From an uncultured Gammaproteobacteria bacterium (lineage in GTDB: Bacteria; Patescibacteriota; Microgenomatia; UBA8517), in the NCBI GenBank assembly GCA_964489145.1, contig CAZAXL010000005.1, forward strand, positions 7,255 to 71,254: a stretch of DNA of 64,000 nt. Direction: 5' to 3'. The notes below the pieces were generated by a model, which searched no databases, had not been told where the DNA came from, and saw only the letters and a program-made list of their open reading frames with translations. Positions 56,510 through 64,000 of the stretch are shown here, piece after piece (within the stretch, counting starts at the first letter, position 1; every line of letters starts with the position of its first letter). Made by a program: the position numbers and the translations under genes.

Positions 56510-56767
56510 ATGGCAAAGAAAAAAGACAACAAAAAAAGAAGAAGACAAATTGAGATAGTAGTTCCCCGGAATTGCCCTTTTTGCAAAAGCAAAACCATGC
56601 CGGACTATAAAGAAGTTGATGTGCTTGCGAGATATATGAATGATCGCGCAAAAGTGTTGGGAAAGTCCAGAACCGGAATTTGTGCCAAACATCAAAGAAG
56701 AATTTCCTTGGCCATTAAAAGAGCAAGGCACCTAAGTCTTCTTCCTTACACCCCGTCGTTGGACTAA
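56510..56767 (+). CDS. rpsR: 30S ribosomal protein S18, zinc-binding type
   Basis: CPFC, DYK, RTGICAKHQR, AIKRARHLSLLPY. Confidence 0.96.
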   Translation: MAKKKDNKKRRRQIEIVVPRNCPFCKSKTMPDYKEVDVLARYMNDRAKVLGKSRTGICAKHQRRISLAIKRARHLSLLPYTPSLD

Positions 56768-56822
56768 TCTCCATTAAATTTAAGTCTTGAGTAGATCAAA
56801 TCTTAAGGGTAATATGTATTTT

Positions 56823-58058
56823 ATGTCTGCAAAGATTAATTTTCTAAAGGCCAGAAAAATAATACTGTCGGTGTTTATCTTGGTTGCTGTTTTTACCGGC
56901 GGGTATTTTCTCGGCGTAGAGGGTTATAAAGCCGAAGTAACAAAGGCACTGAACGTTACGGTTAGTAGGCAGCTTCCTCCCGACAAGAACATAGACTTTT
57001 CTCTTTTTTGGCAGGTTTGGGATTTGATGACCCAAAAATATTACGATAAATCCAAGCTTATTCCATCTCAAATGATTTACGGAGCAATTGAGGGAATGGT
57101 TGCCTCAGCCGGGGATCCTTATACCACCTTTCTTCCTCCGGTACAGAATAAAATTGTAAACGAGGACTTGAGCGGATCTTTTGGTGGGGTTGGAATAGAA
57201 ATAGGCTATAGGGGGGGACACTTGGCGGTAATAGCTCCTCTTCACGGTACCCCTGCCGAAAAAGCCGGTGTTAAAGCGGGGGACTTCATAGTGAAAATTA
57301 CCGATAAGGCAAAAAATGTGGATTTGGATAGCACTAACATGAGCACCAGCGATGCAGTTACTTACATTAGGGGTGTTGCTGGAACAAAAGTCACTTTGAC
57401 CCTGGTGCGCGAAGGGGTACCCGATCCGATTGTTGTTGAATTATCCAGAGAAAAAATCAACGTTCCCTCTGTCACCTTGACATGGATTGGTGATGAAGGG
57501 AACATCGCTGATATTAAAATCAGTAAATTCGGTGCGGAAACCAAAGGTGAGTGGAATAAAGCAGTATCTCAAATTTTGGAAAAGAGCGATGTAAAAGGAG
57601 TGATAGTTGATCTTAGGAATAATCCCGGCGGCTATCTTCAGGCGGCTGTCGATCTGGCCTCGGATTTTGTTCCGATAGGAACAACAGTGGTTATTCAACA
57701 AAACGGTGACGGGACCAGGCAAGAATATAAATCAAATTCTTTACCAAGACTTGAAAATTACCAGGTGATTATCCTTATAAACGGAGGAAGCGCTTCAGCG
57801 TCCGAAATTTTGTCCGGTGCCCTGAGAGACAATAAAGGAATTAAGCTTGTTGGCGATAAAAGCTTTGGAAAAGGAACAATACAAGAGCCAATTGATATAA
57901 ACGGTGGCAGCGGAATACATGTAACTACCGCAAAATGGCTGACTCCGGACGGAACCTGGATTCATGAAAAAGGACTGATTCCTGATGTGGAAGTGGCCAA
58001 TGCCGATGACGCGACGGAAGACATCCAACTTAATGCGGCAATAAAACTCTTTAATTAG
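56823..58058 (+). CDS. ctpA: Carboxy-terminal processing protease (S41)
   Basis: GDPYT, FGGVGIEI, DLRNNPGG, SASASEI, FGKGTIQ. Confidence 0.93.
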   Translation: MSAKINFLKARKIILSVFILVAVFTGGYFLGVEGYKAEVTKALNVTVSRQLPPDKNIDFSLFWQVWDLMTQKYYDKSKLIPSQMIYGAIEGMVASAGDPYTTFLPPVQNKIVNEDLSGSFGGVGIEIGYRGGHLAVIAPLHGTPAEKAGVKAGDFIVKITDKAKNVDLDSTNMSTSDAVTYIRGVAGTKVTLTLVREGVPDPIVVELSREKINVPSVTLTWIGDEGNIADIKISKFGAETKGEWNKAVSQILEKSDVKGVIVDLRNNPGGYLQAAVDLASDFVPIGTTVVIQQNGDGTRQEYKSNSLPRLENYQVIILINGGSASASEILSGALRDNKGIKLVGDKSFGKGTIQEPIDINGGSGIHVTTAKWLTPDGTWIHEKGLIPDVEVANADDATEDIQLNAAIKLFN

Positions 58059-58105
58059 CTGTTGTATTAATTGACTGATAACAGCCGTTAAACGATAATT
58101 GGGTT

Positions 58106-59248
58106 ATGAAAAAGATTGGTTTGAAAAAAATCTTGGTTTTTGTGGCGTTGATAACAGTGGTTATAGCTGCAGCAACCTCCGGTGCGGTAGCCGATAGACT
58201 TTTTGGATTTAAACTCCTGGACAAATTCTTTCCCAAGCTTTCCGGTGTCGTTCAAGAGAGAATAGTTACGGAAAGCAGTGACGTTGTTGAGGTTGTCAAA
58301 AAGGTCGGACCTTCAGTTGTAACTGTTTCGGCCACAGCTCCGGTAAGACAGGTAATTCAATTTTCACCGTTCAGTGGTTTTACAAGCGGTACACAAGGTG
58401 GAAAAGAGCAGGATATCGGGAGCGGCTTTGTTGTTTCCTCCGATGGCTTGATAATAACCAATAAACATGTAGTTGCCGATGCCACCTTGAGTTATAAAGT
58501 GTCAACATCGGACGGCAAGACATATGATGTCGGACAGATAAGCCGGGATCCGAATAATGATATTGCTGTAATTAAAATTGATGCCTCGGGACTTACTCCG
58601 GTTGATCTGGGTGATTCCTCAAATTTGCAAGTGGGGCAGTTTGTAATTGCAATAGGAACCGCCCTGGGAGAGTTTAGAAATACTGTTACAACGGGAGTTA
58701 TTTCAGGACTTGGGCGTGGAATTGATGCAGGGAACAGTTTTCAGGGTTATGTTGAACGGTTGGATAATGTAATTCAGACAGATGCAGCCATAAATCCGGG
58801 TAATTCCGGCGGTCCGCTTTTAAACTCGGCAGGCCAGGTAATCGGAATAAATGTGGCAGTAGCCGAGGGGGCCAATAACATTGCTTTTTCGATCCCAATA
58901 AATACGGTAAAAGAAGCCTTGAATGTATTTAAAACCACCGGAAAGTTTCCTGCCAAGGCCTATCTCGGAGTTGGGTATCAGGTTATTTCTCAACAAATTG
59001 CACTCCTTAATCAGGTGCCTCAAGGAATGTATGTTGTAAATGTGGTTTCTGATTCTCCCGCAGAAAAAGCCGGAATTCAGGTGGGGGATATAATTTTCAA
59101 AATTGATGGAAATGCGGTTGGGGACAATAGCGAGGCTTTGAGTACGATAATTTCCGGTAAAAAACCCGGAGATGCAATCTTACTTGATATTTGGAGAAAT
59201 GGAGAAACCAAGAACGTTAATGTTACTCTAACAGAAATAGCTCAGTAA
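58106..59248 (+). CDS. htrA: HtrA/DegP-like serine protease with PDZ
   Basis: GSGF, TNKHV, DIAV, QTDAAINPGNSGGPL. Confidence 0.93.
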   Translation: MKKIGLKKILVFVALITVVIAAATSGAVADRLFGFKLLDKFFPKLSGVVQERIVTESSDVVEVVKKVGPSVVTVSATAPVRQVIQFSPFSGFTSGTQGGKEQDIGSGFVVSSDGLIITNKHVVADATLSYKVSTSDGKTYDVGQISRDPNNDIAVIKIDASGLTPVDLGDSSNLQVGQFVIAIGTALGEFRNTVTTGVISGLGRGIDAGNSFQGYVERLDNVIQTDAAINPGNSGGPLLNSAGQVIGINVAVAEGANNIAFSIPINTVKEALNVFKTTGKFPAKAYLGVGYQVISQQIALLNQVPQGMYVVNVVSDSPAEKAGIQVGDIIFKIDGNAVGDNSEALSTIISGKKPGDAILLDIWRNGETKNVNVTLTEIAQ

Positions 59249-59250
59249 AA

Positions 59251-59955
59251 TCACTGAATACTCCGGGTTAGTTCTACGACCTTTTCCAATTCACCGTCCA
59301 TAATAGCCTCAAGTTTGCCCCAATTTTTACCGATTCTGTGGTCAGTGAGCCTGTCCTGGGGAAAATTGTAAGTGCGTATTTTTTCTGACCTCATTCCACG
59401 GCCTATAACTGAACGATAGCCGGCAACAGTGCGCATTTTCTCGGCTTCCTGGCGCTCCCAAAGACGGGACCTGAGCAGGGAAAGCGCTATTTGGCGGTTT
59501 TGCTCTTGGAACCTCTCCTCGCGGGCTTCTGCGACGGTACCGGTGGGTTTATGGACAAGTCTCACTGCTGTTGAAACTTTATTTACGTTCTGGCCTCCGT
59601 GGCCTCCGCCTGTGGTAAAGCTCCATTCCAGGTCATTGGGGTTTATCTGAATTTCGGTTTCTTTAATTTCGGGAAGTACAACCACTGTAGCAGTGGATGT
59701 GTGGATTCTACCTCTTTTTTCGGTTACAGGTACTCTTTGCACACGGTGTACACCGGATTCGTTTTTGAGGCTGTCAAAAGCTCCAAACCCTGAAATTTTT
59801 ATAGTATTGTCAGATACGGAGTATACTTTCCAGCCAATTTTCACGGCAAAACGTATATACATGCGAAGTAAATCTTGCCCCCAAAGCTTAGCCTCGTCAC
59901 CGCCAGTGGCACCCCTGATTTCTAAATAGACTACCTGGAGTTGATTATTATTCAT
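59251..59955 (-). CDS. prfA: Peptide chain release factor 1, lacking N-terminal domain 1
   Basis: ESGVHRVQRVPVTE (PVT), GGQNVNK, RSEKIRTYNFPQ. Confidence 0.9.
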   Translation of the reverse strand: MNNNQLQVVYLEIRGATGGDEAKLWGQDLLRMYIRFAVKIGWKVYSVSDNTIKISGFGAFDSLKNESGVHRVQRVPVTEKRGRIHTSTATVVVLPEIKETEIQINPNDLEWSFTTGGGHGGQNVNKVSTAVRLVHKPTGTVAEAREERFQEQNRQIALSLLRSRLWERQEAEKMRTVAGYRSVIGRGMRSEKIRTYNFPQDRLTDHRIGKNWGKLEAIMDGELEKVVELTRSIQ

Positions 59956-59970
59956 ACTGCCCAAATCCGA

Positions 59971-60276
59971 TTATTTACCCCTGAGCTCGGCAAGCGATTC
60001 CGGCCTGGTTGCTTCTTCTTGAAGTTTCTTAAGTTTTTTAACCATTCTCTTCTCGGTTTTTGTGATATGTTTTTTGGCACCTGCCATTCTGGCTTTAAAG
60101 GCGTCGACTCTACCTGCGGTGTCTACGAACTTCATCTGTCCTGTATAGAAAGGATGACAGTTATAACAGACATCAACACGAATTTCAGGAACGGTTGCTC
60201 CCGTTGTAAATACGTTGCCGCAAGCACAAGTGACCTTGGCTTCAGGGAACCATTTTGGGTGAATTGTGGCCTTCAT
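59971..60276 (-). CDS. rpmE: 50S ribosomal protein L31
   Basis: IHPKW, CACGN, CYNCHPFYTG, GRVDAF. Confidence 0.97.
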   Translation of the reverse strand: MKATIHPKWFPEAKVTCACGNVFTTGATVPEIRVDVCYNCHPFYTGQMKFVDTAGRVDAFKARMAGAKKHITKTEKRMVKKLKKLQEEATRPESLAELRGK

Positions 60277-60279
60277 AAC

Positions 60280-61194
60280 TTAGGAATTATACCTTTTTTT
60301 CTTCACTTGGGCAAGGGTAACCCCAGCCGCTATTAGAAGGCCTCCGACGATAAAAGGCGTACCGATTTTCTCTCCCAGCCAAAAAACCGACAATGGTGCG
60401 CCGAAAAGAGGGTAGAGGTAGCTGATAAGGTTGACCTCTCCGATCTCGATTGTCTTTTCGGCTTTGTGCCAGAGAAAGTAAGCCAGAGTTCCGGATAAAA
60501 GTGCCATATAGAAAACTCCAAGGTGATACCTTACGGGTGTGGTAAGAATCTCCGAGATAATGTTTTTCCCCGAATTTACGGCAAAAACAATAGGCAACAT
60601 AGTAATAAAACCGATAATAAAAGATATATTTGTAGCAAAAACAGCATCAACATTGTCCCTGAGAATTATTTTGGCAAATATTGCGGTTACCGCACCAACC
60701 ATCACGGAGGCTAAAACTAAAAGATTTCCTTCGAGCCCACCGAAGCCATTATTAAGTTTAAGTATGGGCTCAACTATAGTAATAAGAGTTCCCATAAGTG
60801 CAATCAGAATTCCAACACTTTCCCTTTTGGTGATATGTTCCTTTAGGAAGAAAACTCCGGCAACGGCAATAACAATGGGGGACGCGGCAGAAATTAAGTT
60901 GGAATTAATTGAGGTGGTCTTGTCGATGCCCAGGAAAAGAAGTCCAATCGAAACCGTTGAGAGTAAAAACCCATTTAAAAGTGTTATGGCCAAAATTTTA
61001 GGTTTTTTGGGAAACTTTATGCCGGTAAATGCAAAAATGGCAAAGGCAACGATTGCCGAAATAAAAAATCTGTAGGTTAAAAAGACGGCGGAGGAAAAAC
61101 CCTCCAGGGTATATTTAATGATAGGACCGGCGCTTCCCCAAATGACGGCAACTATAAGAAGTTCTATATAAACGCGTTTTCGGGCAGGGCTCAT
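60280..61194 (-). CDS. EamA/DMT-family transporter
   Basis: IWG, ten TMs, two repeats ending FLKE and WLGE. Confidence 0.9.
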   Translation of the reverse strand: MSPARKRVYIELLIVAVIWGSAGPIIKYTLEGFSSAVFLTYRFFISAIVAFAIFAFTGIKFPKKPKILAITLLNGFLLSTVSIGLLFLGIDKTTSINSNLISAASPIVIAVAGVFFLKEHITKRESVGILIALMGTLITIVEPILKLNNGFGGLEGNLLVLASVMVGAVTAIFAKIILRDNVDAVFATNISFIIGFITMLPIVFAVNSGKNIISEILTTPVRYHLGVFYMALLSGTLAYFLWHKAEKTIEIGEVNLISYLYPLFGAPLSVFWLGEKIGTPFIVGGLLIAAGVTLAQVKKKRYNS

Positions 61195-61238
61195 AGCACT
61201 AATTATGAATGATGAATTACAAATTATGAATAGGGAGC

Positions 61239-62144
61239 TTAAATTAAGTCGATGATACGGTCAATTCCGAATGAAAAACCAACCGCGGGAATAGTACGGC
61301 CGGCAAACATTCCAATCAGATTGTCATAACGTCCTCCGCCACCCACAGAAAGTCCTCCCGAAGTTTTATCCAGTTTAAGCTCAAAAATTGTCGAGGTGTA
61401 GTAGTCCAAACCCCGAGCAAGAAACGGATTGAAGACAAAATCAACATTTTCTTTGAACCCTTTAATTTTAAGTTCTTCGAAAATTTTAGTCAGTCTCTCT
61501 GTTTTATCGGATTTTTCCAGATCGGCAAACATGTTTTCGGCATCGTCCAAATTAATTTCTTTTAAGAGTGCGACAACCTGGTCACGCCCGATTTTATCAA
61601 TTTTATCAATTGATCTGATTCCTTCTTTGGAAAAGCCGATTTTGTCAAAAAGTTCACGGTCATTTACTTGCAAAATGGCATCAGTTAGTCCGATAGCACG
61701 CGATCCCTCGATTGTTGCAGAAATTACCTTTACATCTTCGGAAACATCACTTGACCCTACAGAATCAAGGTCGAACTGAGTAAACTCTCGCTTACGGCCC
61801 TTTTGGGGATTTTCCCCTCTAAAAACTTGGCCTATTTGGTATCTGGAAAAAGTTGGTTTAAGAAGACCAATATTATTGGCAATAAAACGGGCCAAAGGAA
61901 CAGTTAAATCATATCTTAAAGCAAGTTCCCTTCCGCCTTTGTCTTCAAATTTATAGATCAATTTTTCGTCTTCGCCGTATTTTCCCAGAAGAGTATCTGC
62001 AAACTCGACGATTGGGGTTTCAAGCGGTTCAAAACCATATTTTTCGAGAATAGGGGCAATAGCGTTTATCATAAAACGCCTTTTCTTGGCCTCGGCGGGT
62101 AAAATATCGCCAAAGCCTTTTGGTGTAACAGGACCCTTTTGCAT
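61239..62144 (-). CDS. hisS: Histidine--tRNA ligase catalytic domain, no anticodon-binding domain
   Basis: LRYDLTVPLAR, FRGENPQKGRKREFTQ, LARGLDYYT, GGGGRYD, AVGFSFGIDR, then stop. Confidence 0.88.
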   Translation of the reverse strand: MQKGPVTPKGFGDILPAEAKKRRFMINAIAPILEKYGFEPLETPIVEFADTLLGKYGEDEKLIYKFEDKGGRELALRYDLTVPLARFIANNIGLLKPTFSRYQIGQVFRGENPQKGRKREFTQFDLDSVGSSDVSEDVKVISATIEGSRAIGLTDAILQVNDRELFDKIGFSKEGIRSIDKIDKIGRDQVVALLKEINLDDAENMFADLEKSDKTERLTKIFEELKIKGFKENVDFVFNPFLARGLDYYTSTIFELKLDKTSGGLSVGGGGRYDNLIGMFAGRTIPAVGFSFGIDRIIDLI

Positions 62145-62177
62145 AATAGTTATTATATATCAGTTTGAGAGTAATAA

Positions 62178-62230
62178 AAAACCTCCCGGTCTTTGTCCCG
62201 ACAAATATCGGGACAAGGAACGAGAGGTTT
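62178..62230 (-). terminator. Long hairpin, probable terminator upstream of the hisS promoter
   Basis: aaacctc...ttgtcccga-caaata-tcgggacaa...gaggttt, with a T-tract on the minus strand. Confidence 0.55.
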
Positions 62231-62284
62231 GACTCACAAAGGGGCATTATATCAGTATTTAAGAAAACTGCAAGTATTTGGCCC

Positions 62285-62414
62285 TTTATCCCCCTTCGCG
62301 AATACCCCGGGCGTGAGCCCGCGGGTAAGCGAAGTGGTTTCGCTTCGGAGGGATTCCGCTCCCGACGAAGCGCTGGGAGAAGATACCCCGACCGTAAGGT
62401 CGTGGGGAGCTTCA
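62285..62414. mobile_element. ~130-bp palindromic MITE/REP-like element, copy 2
   Basis: Near-identical to 47313-47439; its terminal TCA coincides with the TGA stop of the 62412-63383 gene. Confidence 0.88.
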
Positions 62415-63383
62415 GTCCTCTTTAAGAAGATTGAAAAGCGAACGTGTAAGAGCCGGAGTGCCTGTCATGTCGGAAACCATAACCAAAGTGTCCGATGAAG
62501 AAATATCAGCCAGCTTGATTTGTTTTATTTTCCCGTCAGAAAAAGATTCGATGCTTGTGTTTTTATCGGGTGTAATGGTTGTTGTCTGGCCTTCTTTTTC
62601 AGAAACAAGAGTCAGGGATTTTTTGGTGACATCATTAACTTTTTGTATCGATACACTGATTTTTGTCTCGACAGGGGAGTCTGTAACAAGAATTCTTTGG
62701 GCATCGAGTACATCGTCTCCGTCAACGTATCCCATCGCAACTATAAAATCTCCGATTGCAATATCTGTCAGTTTTACAGTTTTATTATTTGTTCCTTTGG
62801 TGTTTACAACGACAACATCCGATCCACCTGTTTCGATTTGCTGGATTTGTCTGTCGGTGGTTTTTATTTGAATTGTCGAATCGGCAATATCAGTCACAGT
62901 TCCGATATAGGCCTTGGGCGGATTTCCCGCCTGGGTAATTTTTTGGGCTACGGTTTCATTTTCGTCTGTTGGTGTTTGGAAAGAAGCCGAATATACGGTA
63001 AAAATTTCTTGTGTTGCAACATTTCCCTGTAGGTTTACCGAAGAAACTTTGATACTGTTAATTCCGGAGACAAGATCCACTTCTTTTGAAAAAGTTCCGT
63101 CATCAAGACTCTCCGTGAGGTAGTCTCCTTTTTCTGTTGAAATAACGACCAATGTTAAGGGTTTTGTAATACCGGAAATGCCTATAGAGCCTGATGTAAC
63201 AACATCGAAATTTTCAGGTTTATTAACAGTAATCATAAACTGACCGACGCTACCCTGGGAATTGGGGGTAGGTGTTGGTGCATTTTTGGATGTTATAGAT
63301 GAACGAACTCTCCAAGCACCAAATCCGATTATGAGTCCAAATAAAATTCCGATAACCCCAGCCCAAAGCAATTCTTTTCTCAT
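62412..63383 (-). CDS. Membrane-anchored beta-rich protein (Ig-like + DUF5666-like repeats)
   Basis: N-terminal TM, PTPTP linker, LVSGINSI, repeated L.DI..GD.IV segments. Confidence 0.7.
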   Translation of the reverse strand: MRKELLWAGVIGILFGLIIGFGAWRVRSSITSKNAPTPTPNSQGSVGQFMITVNKPENFDVVTSGSIGISGITKPLTLVVISTEKGDYLTESLDDGTFSKEVDLVSGINSIKVSSVNLQGNVATQEIFTVYSASFQTPTDENETVAQKITQAGNPPKAYIGTVTDIADSTIQIKTTDRQIQQIETGGSDVVVVNTKGTNNKTVKLTDIAIGDFIVAMGYVDGDDVLDAQRILVTDSPVETKISVSIQKVNDVTKKSLTLVSEKEGQTTTITPDKNTSIESFSDGKIKQIKLADISSSDTLVMVSDMTGTPALTRSLFNLLKED

Positions 63384-63519
63384 TGAAACCACAATATAGT
63401 GTAAGATTCATTTTAAGTCAAATGTAAGAGGCGTTTTAAGTCAAGCCTGGTAGGAGTTAGGGTATTGATTAGGTTTTCCGGATTTGCTAGAGTGCACTGA
63501 GAATTACTAATACGCAATA

Positions 63520-64000
63520 ATGGAAATAACTTATTTAGGACATTCAAGCTTTAGGATTAAAACCAAATCTGCTACGGTTATTACAGACCCTTTTGATCCC
63601 AAAATGGTCGGCCTGAAAAATTCAGGGGGAGAGGCCGAAATAGTTACCGTTTCCCATCAGCACTCTGACCACAATTCTATTGAAAAAATTTCGGGAGTTA
63701 AAAAGGTGATTGAAGGACCGGGCGAGTATGAAATAAAAAGCGTTTCAATAATCGGATATCAATCGTTTCATGATGACAAAAAAGGGGAGGAACGAGGCAA
63801 AAACACCATTTATGTGTTTGAGACGGAGGGGCTTAGAATTGCACATCTAGGGGATTTGGGACATGCGCTGAGTGATGATTTGGTAAGCGAAATGGGGTCA
63901 ATAGATATTTTGATGATTCCTGTTGGGGGATTCTATACAATCGGTCCCAAAGAGGCAGTGGAAATAGCCTCGAAAATTGACCCTTATTTTATTTTACCGA
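63520..64000 (+). CDS. Metallo-beta-lactamase-fold hydrolase, truncated by the window end
   Basis: MEITYLGHSSFRIK...TDPF...SHQHSDHN...HLGDLG...IPVGG. Confidence 0.9.
   Translation, partial: MEITYLGHSSFRIKTKSATVITDPFDPKMVGLKNSGGEAEIVTVSHQHSDHNSIEKISGVKKVIEGPGEYEIKSVSIIGYQSFHDDKKGEERGKNTIYVFETEGLRIAHLGDLGHALSDDLVSEMGSIDILMIPVGGFYTIGPKEAVEIASKIDPYFILP

Noticed and set aside
62165-62498. Plus-strand ORFs of 86 and 101 aa
   Set aside because: They are translations of the palindromic element and a terminator hairpin.
1-64000. Alternative genetic code (UGA=Gly or Trp)
   Set aside because: Conserved genes such as mreB, fmt and recR end at TGA at their expected lengths, and no genes are fragmented.

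Overview
Gene-dense, AT-rich window from a reduced-genome bacterium. Gene content, trimmed translation factors and small palindromic repeats suggest Patescibacteria/CPR, probably Microgenomates (inferred, no database search). It uses the standard code (TGA is a stop; tRNA-Trp is CCA). Most of it is housekeeping: a split tRNA-Thr/Tyr/Thr-rpmG...tRNA-Trp...secE-nusG-rplKAJL cluster, def-fmt, mreB-PBP2, dprA-topA, nucleotide salvage and folate genes, rpsB-tsf-frr-rseP-proS, dnaX-ebfC-recR, cysS, ychF, rpsF-ssb-rpsR, ctpA, htrA, prfA, rpmE and hisS. The most unusual signal is that both tRNA-Thr genes are preceded by an exact copy of their own first 20 nt, folded back on an antisense arm into a hairpin with the same boundaries and spacing. 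Other points of interest: two clusters with five ATP-grasp ligases plus peptidases; a ~130-bp REP/IS200-like element inserted in frame in one gene; a 55-bp two-hairpin repeat giving rplK and def the same 'ELS*' end; an SD plus a 4-codon uORF before rpsU in a largely leaderless genome; a candidate 6S RNA; and HisRS and RF1 each lacking a domain. All calls come from reading the sequence and recognising motifs.
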